Shown here piece after piece: positions 34,806 to 47,266 of a stretch of 64,000 nucleotides of DNA (position 1 is its first letter; each line of letters opens with the position of its first letter). Made by a program: the position numbers and the translations under genes. The notes under the pieces were generated by a model. It ran no database searches, was not told the origin of the DNA, and saw only the letters and a list, made by a program, of their open reading frames with translations. The DNA comes from Tubulanus polymorphus (lineage: Eukaryota > Animalia > Nemertea). The stretch lies in assembly GCF_964204645.1 (NCBI RefSeq), contig NC_134030.1, positions 231,355-295,354 of the forward strand, given 5' to 3'.

Positions 34806-36032
34806 TCAATTATCCGTCGGATTTTTTTTCTGACTCACAGATTTTATTTTACAACAAAAACAATGAGTAAATAGTTTGATAAATTCTTTCCGGAAAACTT
34901 TCAATGTTCCGATGTAGATAAAGAAATTCACGCAAAAAACAAAGTGTCGAAATGTTTCCAGGAACCATGATAAGTAGATCCATAAAGTATCAAGAAAGAA
35001 GCCTAAATGAGGTTTTGATCGGTCATTGATGTCTATACCATAATCTCTTTTAAGCACTGGGAGTAAGGCGAGTAGTATATACTCAATGCATTTTACTGCA
35101 GCATGCGGTAAAACTAGTAAAATATACACAATAACTATAACTAGAAGAGTTTTATTGACTGAAGATTGATGACGATCTGTTCTCTTCGCTCTCATCTCAG
35201 ATCTCTTATTGCGTAATGAAGCAGTTAACACTGATAATTTCATAATCATTATAGATGGAAATATATCTTGTAAAACTGTTCTCGCAACTGTCATTGCTCG
35301 TGCTTGGGTTCTGCTTATAGCGATTGACTGACGACACGTAAAAAGTTCGTATGTTTCGTTGTATCTATGAATTTTAACGAATTTAACACGACTGCTCAAG
35401 ATTAAAGACTCCCAATTCATAAGATACGCCCAGAAGATGATAAAAACTACTGCAATTTTACGGCGAGTGACGGTGCAATGTTTCATGTGAAAGAAAGGAA
35501 AACGAATAGAAACAAATCTCTCGATAGCGATCACTATAACTGTGTAGTTTGATACAGATATTGCCTGGTTGTAGAACAGGGTCCGAAGCAAACACTTCGG
35601 AAACAGTTTATTGGGCAGATGATGGAAATAGTAATAGAAATAGTAAAGTGATGGACATAGTTTACTGTGTTTAGCGAATAGAAAATAACTGCCACATCCT
35701 CTATAAAATCCCAGATGATAAACAACAAAATCTCTCAAATATACAGCGAAAGTCTGTAACTCAACCAAGACGACAAGTTGATCTGAAAACGCGATAGTTA
35801 TGAGATAAGGGAACGTGTAACGAACTGACTGATATCTGCGACACTTTATCAGTAAAATTATTGTCAGAAAGTTAAACACACTTCCCGGTGGAAGTAAGAA
35901 GAGATATTTGAATGTTTCCCTAAATACAACAGTGAAGGCTGAAAACCCCTTGAAAGCTAAGATGTATCCCGGTGTCTTCACAGTGGTGCGGTATATTCGA
36001 GTTGTGGTGACGATAGCGGAAAAATTGTCCAT
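34806..36032 (-). CDS. Class A GPCR, array copy 4 (subtype A)
   Basis: Near-identical to copy 2. Confidence 0.9.
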   Translation of the reverse strand: MDNFSAIVTTTRIYRTTVKTPGYILAFKGFSAFTVVFRETFKYLFLLPPGSVFNFLTIILLIKCRRYQSVRYTFPYLITIAFSDQLVVLVELQTFAVYLRDFVVYHLGFYRGCGSYFLFAKHSKLCPSLYYFYYYFHHLPNKLFPKCLLRTLFYNQAISVSNYTVIVIAIERFVSIRFPFFHMKHCTVTRRKIAVVFIIFWAYLMNWESLILSSRVKFVKIHRYNETYELFTCRQSIAISRTQARAMTVARTVLQDIFPSIMIMKLSVLTASLRNKRSEMRAKRTDRHQSSVNKTLLVIVIVYILLVLPHAAVKCIEYILLALLPVLKRDYGIDINDRSKPHLGFFLDTLWIYLSWFLETFRHFVFCVNFFIYIGTLKVFRKEFIKLFTHCFCCKIKSVSQKKNPTDN

Positions 36033-37715
36033 GACAAGAACAGAACAGTTTGACGCGACAATCTGTGTAGTGACTGCTTCCCTCACATTGTGGGTTACAG
36101 CCGCGGTACCACGATTTCAAAATACTTCCATCAAACTCCTGCTACAGAACACACTATAATCATTTGAAGATTTTACACGCTCTGTTGAAATTACTACTCA
36201 CAAGATTCGCTCTGAGAGTTTACTAAAAATCCATCTGAAATAATCTAAGTTTCATATGAAAATTCGCAGCAGTTTTAGACTCGAGTTTATATACAGACAA
36301 CTGTAGAACCATAAAGTTTGAATTTCGTGAATACAGGTCTCTGTGGTAACATGTGAGGCGTGAAAACTAATATATACCAGTATTACATATACCAGCACTG
36401 ATACACTTCAAGTTCCATTGAGACACAAGAGGCGAAATGCAACAAACAGCATTTGGAAAATTTACTTATTTCCGATTATGTATTTATTGATTCAACTTTC
36501 TTTACATAGACTACAGGGAGCAGTTTCACCAAATAGTTTAAGCCTAAAACGGTTAAGTTTGAATTGCTGTCCTCATTGAAAACATGAAGTAACCAATGGC
36601 GGCAATTACACCAAAAATTTGAGTTAAACTTGTTTGTGAAACTGGGCCCTGCAGGAAGTTACTGTCAGTACTATCAGATCGATGAGACATATTTAACGAC
36701 CATACGACATACATCGCGCCCGATCTACAATCGTTACCCCCACCGTCCTTGAAGTGGTGCTTGTATACCACAATGCTGATGGGATAGCAGGAGTTTCTGC
36801 GTCTCAACAAAAAACACAACAATTATACCCGTTATCTCTCTGTACATAAATGTTTATAACTTTATTTTCTTTGAACGAATTTAATTTGGTAAAAATGTTT
36901 TACAACATATCTATATCAATGATTCAATTGCATCTGTTATGAAGATATTTGATAGACTGGTTGCCTGTCTAATTTTGCAATCGGGGCCAAATTCGGTTCT
37001 CGTATCTAGTCGACTAGTGGTCGGAACTAATAACCGAATACGCTTAATATTTCCGGGGCCAGTTGCACAGACTTAAGTGCAAACGTGGTTTCTTAAGTTG
37101 TTAGATTGGCTATAGAGCTAAGTTGGTATTAGAGTGGTCTTAAGTCTAAGCCATGACTATACAACCGGACCCTGGACTATATTTCCGGATAACTGACATT
37201 CGGTTTCACTCAGATAACCGAAGTTGGCCCAGAATAGGACGGATTAACCAGTCCGCCATCTTCCGTACGGAATATACGGATCCAATCAGATTTCAGTATT
37301 TCATCACGTGAACAATGTAACATGGCCGCCCTCTGATTCACGTGAATCGCGGTTTTCCATCAATGAAGAAAAAAACTCCACTAAAGTTGCCGGGGTAACG
37401 CGGCGGCGAGTGCGCGGTTCCAAACACATTCAAATAATTCGCTTTATGTATAATTATAACAACACATGCTCGATCACTTCAGGGGGAACCGGCAACACCA
37501 GATATCCGACAAGATGGCTTGACGAACTCTCGACCAGACCTTGTCAAAACAAGTTTCATTCATGAATTCAGAACCGGTCACCAATCAAACAATCAATTTA
37601 TTTATCTAGTTTTCATTTATCTAGTTTTCATTTATCTAGTTTTCATTTATCTAGTTTTCATCTATCTTGTTTTCATTCGATATGAAATGTATTTATAATA
37701 TCAAACTCGCGCCAA

Positions 37716-38966
37716 TCACGGAGCCGGGTTTTTTAAAGGAACATCAATTATCCGTCGGATATTTCTTCCCACAGATTTCATTTTACAACAAAAACAATCA
37801 GTAAATAGTTTAATTAATTCTTTCCGGAAAACTTTCAATGTTCCGGTGTAGATAAAGAAATTCACGCAAAAAACAAAGTGTCGAAATGTTTCCAGGAACC
37901 ATGATAAGTAGATCCATAAAGTATCAAGAAAGAAGCCTAAATGAGGTTTTGATCGGTCATTGATGTCTATACCATAATCTCTTTTAAGCACTGGGAGTAA
38001 GGCGAGTAGTATATACTCAATGCATTTTACTGCAGCATGCGGTAAAACTAGTAAAATATACACAATAACTATAACTAGAAGAGTTTTATTGACTGAAGAT
38101 TGATGACGATCTGTTCTCTTCGCTCTCATCTCAGATCTCTTATTGCGTAATGAAGCAGTTAACACTGATAATTTCATAATCATTATAGATGGAAATATAT
38201 CTTGTAAAACTGTTCTCGCAACTGTCATTGCTCGTGCTTGGGTTCTGCTTATAGCGATTGACTGACGACACGTAAAAAGTTCGTATGTTTCGTTGTATCT
38301 ATGAATTTTAACGAATTTAACACGACTGCTCAAGATTAAAGACTCCCAATTCATAAGATACGCCCAGAAGATGATAAAAACTACTGCAATTTTACGGCGA
38401 GTGACGGTGCAATGTTTCATGTGAAAGAAAGGAAAACGAATAGAAACAAATCTCTCGATAGCGATCACTATAACTGTGTAGTTTGATACAGATATTGCCT
38501 GGTTGTAGAACAGGGTCCGAAGCAAACACTTCGGAAACAGTTTATTGGGCAGATGATGGAAATAGTAATAGAAATAGTAAAGTGATGGACATAGTTTACT
38601 GTGTTTAGCGAATAGAAAATAACTGCCACATCCTCTATAAAATCCCAGATGATAAACAACAAAATCTCTCAAATATACAGCGAAAGTCTGTAACTCAACC
38701 AAGACGACAAGTTGATCTGAAAACGCGATAGTTATGAGATAGGGGAACGTGTAACGAACTGACTGATATCTGCGACACTTTATCAGTAAAATTATTGTCA
38801 GAAAGTTAAACACACTTCCCGGTGGAAGTAAGAAGAGATATTTGAATGTTTCCCTAAATACAACAGTGAAGGCTGAAAACCCCTTGAAAGCTAAGATGTA
38901 TCCCGGTGTCTTCACAGTGGTGCGGTATATTCGAGTTGTGGTGACGATAGCGGTAAAATTGTCCAT
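37716..38966 (-). CDS. Class A GPCR, array copy 5 (subtype A, longer C-tail)
   Basis: Near-identical to copies 2 and 4 up to helix 8; different C-terminal frame. Confidence 0.9.
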   Translation of the reverse strand: MDNFTAIVTTTRIYRTTVKTPGYILAFKGFSAFTVVFRETFKYLFLLPPGSVFNFLTIILLIKCRRYQSVRYTFPYLITIAFSDQLVVLVELQTFAVYLRDFVVYHLGFYRGCGSYFLFAKHSKLCPSLYYFYYYFHHLPNKLFPKCLLRTLFYNQAISVSNYTVIVIAIERFVSIRFPFFHMKHCTVTRRKIAVVFIIFWAYLMNWESLILSSRVKFVKIHRYNETYELFTCRQSIAISRTQARAMTVARTVLQDIFPSIMIMKLSVLTASLRNKRSEMRAKRTDRHQSSVNKTLLVIVIVYILLVLPHAAVKCIEYILLALLPVLKRDYGIDINDRSKPHLGFFLDTLWIYLSWFLETFRHFVFCVNFFIYTGTLKVFRKELIKLFTDCFCCKMKSVGRNIRRIIDVPLKNPAP

Positions 38967-40168
38967 GACAAGAACAGAACAGTTTGACGCGACAATCTGT
39001 GTAGTGACTGCTTCCCTCAAATTGTGGGTTACAGCCGCGGAACCACGATTTCAAAATACTTCCATCAAACTCCTGCTACAGAACACACTATAATCATTTG
39101 AAGATTTTACACGCTCTGTTGAAATTACTACTCACAAGATTCGCTCTGAGAGTTTACTAAAAATCCATCTGAAATAATCTAAGTTTCATATGAAAATTCT
39201 CAGCAGTTTTAGACTCGAGCTTATATACAGCCAACTGTAGAACCACAAAGTTTGAATTTCGTGAATACAGGTCTCTGTGGTAACATGCGAGGCGTGAAAA
39301 CTAATATATACTAGTATTACATATACCAGCACTGATACACTTCCAGTTCCATTGAGACACAAGAGGCGAAATGCAACAAACAGCATTTGGAAAATTAACT
39401 TATTTCCGATTATGTATTTATTGATTCAACCTTCTGTACATAGACTACAGGGAGCAGTTTCACCAAATAGTTTAAGCCTAAATCAGTTAAGTTTGAATTG
39501 TTGTCCTCATTGAAAACATGAAGTAACCAATGGCGGCAATTACACCAAAAATTTGAGTTAAACTTGTTCGTGAAACTGGGCCCTGTAGGAAGTTACTGTC
39601 AGTACTATCAGATCGATGAGACATATTTAACGACCATACGACATACATCGCGCCCGATCTACAATCATTACCCCCACCGTCCCTGAAGTGGTGCTTGTAT
39701 ACCACAATGCTGATGGGATAGCAGGAGTTTCTGCGTCTCAACAAAAAACTCAACAATTCATCGTTATCTCTCTGTACATAAATGTTTATAACTCTATTTT
39801 CATTGAACGAATTTGTTTTTGTAAAAATGTTTTACAACATATTTAAATGATTCAATTGCATCTCTGCAATGACTAGATTTTACACCCCAGCGCCCCCCCC
39901 CCCTTACACTCCCCTCCGAGTCGAATACGAACTGTATATCTGTGGACTGAGCATTTACTGAGTATTTACTATAAATACAATTTCCTTGTTCTCCTGCAGA
40001 ATATGACTTAAGGCCTAGACCGACGTTTTTGGTTGGCCCAAATAGGCCCATTCGGGACCAGTCTGAACAGGGCCAAATTTGGCACGGACCAAAAATGCTC
40101 TCGTGTGATCGGGGCTATGGGTGGAAATCATACACGGATAGTGATTTCTGTTAGTGGAATCGGTGGAG

Positions 40169-40193
40169 TATTTATATCAGGGAAGTGACGTCA
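40169..40193 (-). promoter_or_regulatory. Candidate CRE (TGACGTCA)/ETS plus TATAAATA module, repeated in six spacers
   Basis: Minus strand GTGACGTCACTTCCCTGATATAAATA, oriented with the GPCR genes; motif match only. Confidence 0.3.
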
Positions 40194-40425
40194 CAGCTTA
40201 GCTCCTTACGGCTATTGTTGGAATTAACATTTGTGGAGATTAAATCACCTACATAAACATTAATTCTATTTATAGTTTCGAAAGCATTGAATTTCCGTAG
40301 AAATTAATGGACTACAATTTAATCCAACTTTAAAGGAGTCACGTGGAGTAATCAATATTTCAGTCCCCTGTATAAATAGTTCACTGATGAAATCCAGGTT
40401 CAGGAATTTCGAAAATGAAAATGAA

Positions 40426-41697
40426 TCACACAAATTCGGGTTCTTTGGCGTTTATACGACAGATTATGTTCCCTATTTTACAACAAAAACAATCAGTAAA
40501 TAGTTTGATAAATTCTTTCCGGAAAACTTTCAATGTTCCGATGTAAATAAAGAAATTCATGCAGAAAACGAAATGTCGAAACGTTCGCAGGAAAATGTCT
40601 AAACCATACCATAAAATTTTGAGAAAGAATCGATTATGGTGATCTGTTAAACTGTTTGTAAAACTGTTTGTTAAATAGGATAGCATCCACATTGCATAAT
40701 TTCTATAAAGCGAGTATCCAATGACGTGCGCTAAGTTTTGGATACAATTACATGCTGCGTGCGGCAAAACTAGTAAAATATACACAATAACTACAACAAG
40801 AAGAGTTTTACTGGCTGAAGATTGATGACGATCTGTTCTCTTCGCTCTCATCTCAGATCTCTTATTGCGTAATGAAGCAGTTAACACTGATAATATTACA
40901 ATCAATAAAGATGGAAATATATCTTGTAAAAATGTTTTTACAGCGTCTATTGCTTGTATCAGGGACCCATTGGAAATATAGATTGACTGTTCACACACAA
41001 AAGAATCAAAGATTTCTTTATATCTGCGATGTTTGTGGAGATTAACACGACTGCGCATGATTACTGAATCCAAGTTCATAAAATACGCCCAGAAGATGAC
41101 AAAAACTACTGCAATTTTACGCCGAGTGACGGTGAAATGTTTCATGTGAAAGAAAGGAAAACGAATAGAAACAAATCTCTCAATAGCGATCACTATAACT
41201 GTGTAGTTTGATACAGATTTTGCCTGGCTATAAAATAGGTTTGAAAATATACACGCAGGAAACACTCGTCTGGGCAGATAATAGAAATAGTAATTGAAAT
41301 AGTAAAGTGATGGACATAGTTTACTGTGTTTAGCGAATGTCAGATAAACACTGCGACATTCTCTATAAAATCCTAGATTATTAACTACAAACATGTTCAA
41401 ATAATTGGGGAATTTTTCCAATTCAAACAAGACGACAAGTTGATCTGAAAACGCGATAGTTATCAGATAGGGGAACGTGTAACGAACTGACTGATAACTG
41501 CGACATTTTATCAGTAAAATTATGGTCAGAAAGTTGAATACACTTCCCGGTGGAAACAAGAAGACACATCTGAATATATCGTTATATCTGATCATGAAGT
41601 TAGTAAATCTTCTGAAAGCTATGATATAATCCGGTGTCTTCACAGGAGTCCAGTGTATTCTACGAGTTGTGGTGGCTATAGCGGTTAAATTATCCAT
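40426..41697 (-). CDS. Class A GPCR, array copy 6 (subtype C)
   Basis: Same 7TM motifs; intact ORF. Confidence 0.9.
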   Translation of the reverse strand: MDNLTAIATTTRRIHWTPVKTPDYIIAFRRFTNFMIRYNDIFRCVFLFPPGSVFNFLTIILLIKCRSYQSVRYTFPYLITIAFSDQLVVLFELEKFPNYLNMFVVNNLGFYRECRSVYLTFAKHSKLCPSLYYFNYYFYYLPRRVFPACIFSNLFYSQAKSVSNYTVIVIAIERFVSIRFPFFHMKHFTVTRRKIAVVFVIFWAYFMNLDSVIMRSRVNLHKHRRYKEIFDSFVCEQSIYISNGSLIQAIDAVKTFLQDIFPSLLIVILSVLTASLRNKRSEMRAKRTDRHQSSASKTLLVVVIVYILLVLPHAACNCIQNLAHVIGYSLYRNYAMWMLSYLTNSFTNSLTDHHNRFFLKILWYGLDIFLRTFRHFVFCMNFFIYIGTLKVFRKEFIKLFTDCFCCKIGNIICRINAKEPEFV

Positions 41698-43191
41698 GAC
41701 AAGAACAGAACAGTTTGACGCGACAATCAGTGTAGTGACTGCTTCCCTCACATTGTGGGTTACAGCCGCGGTACCACAATTTCAAAATACTTCCATCAAA
41801 CTCCTGCTACAGAACACACTATAATCATCTGAAGATTTTACACGCTCGGTTGAAATTACTACTCACACGATTCGCTCTGAGAGTTTACTAAAAATCCATC
41901 TGAAATAATTTAAGTTTCATATGAAAATTCGCAGCAGTTTTAGACTCGAGTTTATATACAGACAACTGTAGAACCATAAAGTTTGAATTTCGTGAATACA
42001 GGTCTCTGTGGTAACATGTGAGGCGTGAAAACTAATATATACCAGTATTACATATACCAGCACTGATACACTTCAAGTTCCATTGAGACACAAGAGGCGA
42101 AATGCAACAAACAGCATTTGGAAAATTTACTTATTTCCGATTATGTATTTGATTCAACTTTTTTACTGAAGCATTTCATGTGTTTCATATAGATGTACAT
42201 AGACTACAGGGAGCAGTTTCACCAAATAGTTAAAGCCTAAAACGGTTAAGTTTGAATTGCTGTCCTCATTGAAAACATGAAGTAACCAATGGCGGCAATT
42301 ACACCAAAAATTTGAGTTAAATTTGTTTGTGAAACTGGGCCCTGCAGGAAGTTACTGTCAGTACTATTAGATCGATGAGACATATTTAACGACCATACGA
42401 CATACATCGCGCCCGATCTACAATCGTTACCCCCACCGTCCTTGAAGTGTTGCTTGTATACCACAATGCTGATGGGATAGCAGGAGTTTCTGCGTCTCAG
42501 CAAAAAACTCAACAATTCACCGTTATCTCTCTGTACATAAATGTTTATAACTTTACTTTCTTTGAACGAATTTGTTTTGTAAAACTGTTATACAACGTAT
42601 TTGAATGATTCAATTGCACACCCAAAGCGCCCCAGCCCCTTACCCCCCCCCCCCTTACACCCCCCGAGTCGAATACGAACTGTGTTTCTGTAGACTGAGC
42701 ATTTACTGAGTATTTACTATAAATACAATTTCCTTGTTCTCCTGCAGAATATGACTTAAGGCCGATACCGACGTTTTTGGTTTGGCCAAACAGGCTCGGG
42801 CCCATTCGGGACCAGTCTGAACAGGGCCAAATTTGGCACGGACCAAAAATGCTCTCGTGTGATCGGGGCTATGGGTGGAAATCATACACGGATAGTGATT
42901 TCTGTTAGTGGAATCGGTGGAGTATTTATATCAGGGAAGTGACGTCACAGCTTAGCTCCTTACGGCTATTGTTGGAATTAACATTTGTGGAGATTAAATC
43001 ACCTACATAAACATTAATTCTATTTATAGTTTCGAAAGCATTGAATTTCCGTAGAAATTAATGGACTACAATTTAATCCAACTTTAAAGGAGTCACGTGG
43101 AGTAATCAATATTTCAGTCCCCTGTATAAATAGTTCACTGATGAAATTCAGGTTCAGGAATTTCGAAAATGAAAATGAATTCCCGGACCAA

Positions 43192-44440
43192 TCACACAGA
43201 TTCGGGTTCTTTGAAGTTTATACGACGGATTATGTTCCTTATTTTACAACAAAAACAATCAGTAAATAGTTTGATAAATTCTTTCCGGAAAACTTTCAAT
43301 GTTCCGATGTAAATAAAGAAATTCATGCAGAAAACGAAATGTCGAAATGTTTGCAGGAACCATAATAACATGAGCCATAATTCATAAAGAAAGAATCGTA
43401 CATGATGTCTAGATGGGTCATAGATACTTATACCTTTTCTTTTAAGCAATTGGTGTAAGGCGCGTAGTACATAGTAAATGCTTTTAACTACAGCATGCGG
43501 TAAAACAAGTAAAATATACACAATAACTACAACAAGAAGAGTTTTACTGGCTGAAGATTGATGACGATCTGTTCTCTTCGCTCTCATCTCAGATCTCTTA
43601 TTGCGTAATGAAACAGTTAACACTGATAATATTACAATCATTATAGATGGAACTATATCTTGTAAAATTATTTTTCCAACTGTAATTGCTCGTAACTGGG
43701 GCCAGCTTGTAACGAATGCGGCGTTACCACACACAAAAATGCCGTATGTTTCGTTGTATCTAGGAGTTTCAAAGAAATGAACGCGACTGCGCAAGATTAA
43801 AGAATCCCAGTTCATAAGATACGCCCAGAAGATCACGCAACCTATTGCAATTTTACGGCGAGTGACGGTGAAATGTTTCATGTGAAAGAAAGGAAAACGA
43901 ATAGAAACAAATCTCTCGATAGCGATCACTATAACTGTGTAGTTTGATACAGATATTGCCTGGTCGCAAACTAGGTTTGAAAACAAACACCTAGGAAACA
44001 ATCGTCCTGGAAGATAATAGAAATAGTAATAGAAATAGTAAAGTGATGGACATAGTTTACTGTGATATTTAGCGAATGTTGAATATAAATTACTATGACA
44101 TGCTCTATAGAATCCTAGATGATTAATAACAAAAGTTTTCAAATATTCAGGGAAAGCCTGTAACTGAAACAAGACGACAAGTTGATCTGAAAACGCGATA
44201 GTTATCAGATAAGGGAACGTGTAACGAACTGACTGATATCTGCGACACTTTATAAGTAAAATTATTGTCAGAAAGTAAGTTAAACACACTTTCCGGCGGA
44301 AACAAGAAAAGATATTTGAATATTCTGCTATATTTAACATTGAAGTTTGCAAACCCCTTGAAAGCTAAGATGTATCCCGGTGTCTTCACAGTGGTGCGGT
44401 ATATTCGAGTTGTGGTGACGATAGCGGTAAAACTATCCAT
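43192..44440 (-). pseudogene. Class A GPCR, array copy 7, frameshifted by a 4-bp duplication in TM1
   Basis: Split over ORFs 44147..44494 and 43192..44352. Plus strand reads gtcagaaagtaagttaaac where other copies read gtcagaaagttaaac (AAGT duplicated at 44273-44280). Confidence 0.85.
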
Positions 44441-45244
44441 GACAAGAACAGAACAGTTTGACGCGACAATCTGTGTAGTGACTGCTTCCCTCAAATTGTG
44501 GGTTACAGCCGCGGAACCACGATTTCAAAATACTTCCATCAAACTCCTCCTACAGAACACACTATAATCATCTGAAGATTTTACACGCTCAGTTGAAATT
44601 ACTACTCACACGATTCGCTCTGCTGTAGAACACCAACTGAACTTTGGTATGTAGGCATGGAAACACATTGTTAAACTGTCAAATCATGGAGTCTCTTTCT
44701 CTAATGAACCCCTTTCAATGAAGACTTATTGGATATCCTTCAATAAAGTGAAGAATGGATTAAAAAACAATGATTTTAGCCAAAGAGTCCTTTTTGGTCC
44801 TAATACGACTTCTGAAATAGACATTAGTTTATCTAGTTTTCATTAACGTAGTTAGATTCTGGGTGCTCGAATCCGTACACCGCTTTACAAGCATTCAGAC
44901 GCTTTTGTTTGTAACTTATGTTGTAATTATATATTATTCAAACTGCATATATACATGGTGATATAAATATAATAAATAAATCTACGGTCATCATGAACGA
45001 CGATCACGCGGACACGATTTGGCCCGGGCCAAATTGGCGCGGATCAGACTCGAGCCAAATTATGGTCCGTGCCGAATTAGAGAGCGCGTTCACACGTAAA
45101 CCACTCACGATATAAATAGCGATATGACCGATATGAGACCCGCAATATCGAACTCGCGCCCTTAATTCGGAACCCCTCGAGGAATAGATTAAAAATCTAC
45201 GGACCACAATTCAATCCGGGTTCTTTAAAAGGGACGTTCATCCG

Positions 45245-46462
45245 TCAGATTGTTTTATTTCTTACAGATTTTATTTTACAACAAAAACAATGAGTAAATA
45301 GTTTAATAAATTCTTTCCGGAAAACTTTCAATGTTCTGATGTAGATAAATAAATTCACGCAGAACACAAATTGTCGAAATGGTATCAGGAACCATTGTAC
45401 GTCGGTCCATAAAGCAATAAGAAAGAAGCCTAAATGAGGTTTTGATCGGTCATAGGTGTCTATACCATAATCTCTTTTAAGCACTGGGAGTAAGGCGTAT
45501 ATTGTATACTGAATGCTTTTAACTGCAGCATGCGGGAAAACTAGTAAAACATACACCATAACTACAACTAGAAGAGTTTTACTGGCTGCAGATTGATGAC
45601 GATCTGTTCTCTTCGCTCTCATCTCAGATCTCTTATTGCGTAATGAAGCAGTTAACACTGATAATATTACAATCATTAAAGAAGGCAATATATCTTGTAA
45701 AGATGTTTTCCCAACTGTTATTGCTCGTGTCCGGGTTATGCTTGTAGCGATTAACTGATCACACCGAAAAAAGTCGTATGTTTCGTTGTATCTAGGAATT
45801 TTATCGAAAGTAACGCGACTGCGCAAGATTAAAGAATCCAAGTTCATAAGATACGCCCAGAAGATGACGGAACCTACTGCAATTTTACGGCGAGTGACGG
45901 TGCAATGTTTCATGTGAAAGAAAGGAAAACGAATAGAAACAAATCTCTCGATAGCGATCACTAAAACTGTGTAGTTTGATACAGATATTGCCTGGTTGTA
46001 AAATAGGGTCCGAAGCAAACACATAGGAAACAGTTTATTGGGCAGATGCCGGAAATAGTAATCGAAATTGTAAAGTGATGGACATAGTTTCCTGTGTTTA
46101 GCGAATAGAAAATAACTGGCACATGCTCTACTATAAAATCCTAGACGATAAACAACAAACTCTCTCAAATGTAAAGGGAAACCCTTTACCTCAAACAAGA
46201 CGACAAGTTGATCTGAAAACGCGATAGTTATCAGATAAGGGAACGTGTAACGAACTGACTGATAACTGCGACATTTTATCAGTAAAATTATTGTCAGAAA
46301 GTTGAACACACTTCCAGGTGGAAGTAAGAAGAGATAATTGATTGTGTTGCTAAATAAAAAACTGAACTTTGCAAACCCCTTGTAAGCTATGATATATCCC
46401 GGTGTCTTCACAGTGGTGCGGTATATTCGAGTTGTGGTGACGATAGCGGTAAAATTGTCCAT
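45245..46462 (-). CDS. Class A GPCR, array copy 8 (subtype B)
   Basis: Same 7TM motifs; intact ORF. Confidence 0.9.
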   Translation of the reverse strand: MDNFTAIVTTTRIYRTTVKTPGYIIAYKGFAKFSFLFSNTINYLFLLPPGSVFNFLTIILLIKCRSYQSVRYTFPYLITIAFSDQLVVLFEVKGFPLHLREFVVYRLGFYSRACASYFLFAKHRKLCPSLYNFDYYFRHLPNKLFPMCLLRTLFYNQAISVSNYTVLVIAIERFVSIRFPFFHMKHCTVTRRKIAVGSVIFWAYLMNLDSLILRSRVTFDKIPRYNETYDFFRCDQLIATSITRTRAITVGKTSLQDILPSLMIVILSVLTASLRNKRSEMRAKRTDRHQSAASKTLLVVVMVYVLLVFPHAAVKSIQYTIYALLPVLKRDYGIDTYDRSKPHLGFFLIALWTDVQWFLIPFRQFVFCVNLFIYIRTLKVFRKEFIKLFTHCFCCKIKSVRNKTI

Positions 46463-47266
46463 GACAAGAACAGAACTGTTTGACGTGACAATCTGTGTAG
46501 TAACTGCGTCCCTCACATTGTGGGTTACAGCCGCGGAACCACGATTTCAAAATACTTCCATCAAACTCCTGCTTCAGAACACACTATAATCATCTAAACA
46601 TTTCACACGCTCAGTTGAAATTACTACTCACACGATTCGCTCTGCTGTAGAACACCAACTGAACTTTGGTATGTAGGCATGGAAACACATTGTTAAACTT
46701 TCAAATCATGGAGTCTCTTTCTCTCATGAACCCCTTTCAATGAAGACGTATTGGATATCCTTCAATAAAGTGAAGAATGGATTAAAAAACAATGATTTTG
46801 GCCAAAGAGTCCTTTTTGGTCCTAATACGACTTCTGAAATAGACATTAGTTTATCTAGTTTTCATTAACGTAGTTAGATTCTGGGTGCTAGAATCCGTAC
46901 ACCGCTTTACAAGCATTCAGACGCTTATGTTTGTAACTAATGTTGTAATTATATATTATTCAAACTGCATATATACATGGTGATATAAATATAATAAATA
47001 AATCTACGGTCATCATGAAAGACGATCACGCGGACACGATTTGGCCCGGGCCAAATTGGCGCGGATCAGACTCGAGCCAAATTATGGTCCGTGCCGAATT
47101 AGAGAGCGCGTTCACACGTAAACCACTAACGATATAAATAGCGATATGACCGATATGAGACCCGCAATATCGAACTCGCGCCCTTAATTCGGAACCCCTC
47201 GAGGAATAGATTAAAAATCTACGGACCACAATTCAATCCGGGTTCTTTAAAAGGAACATTTATCCG

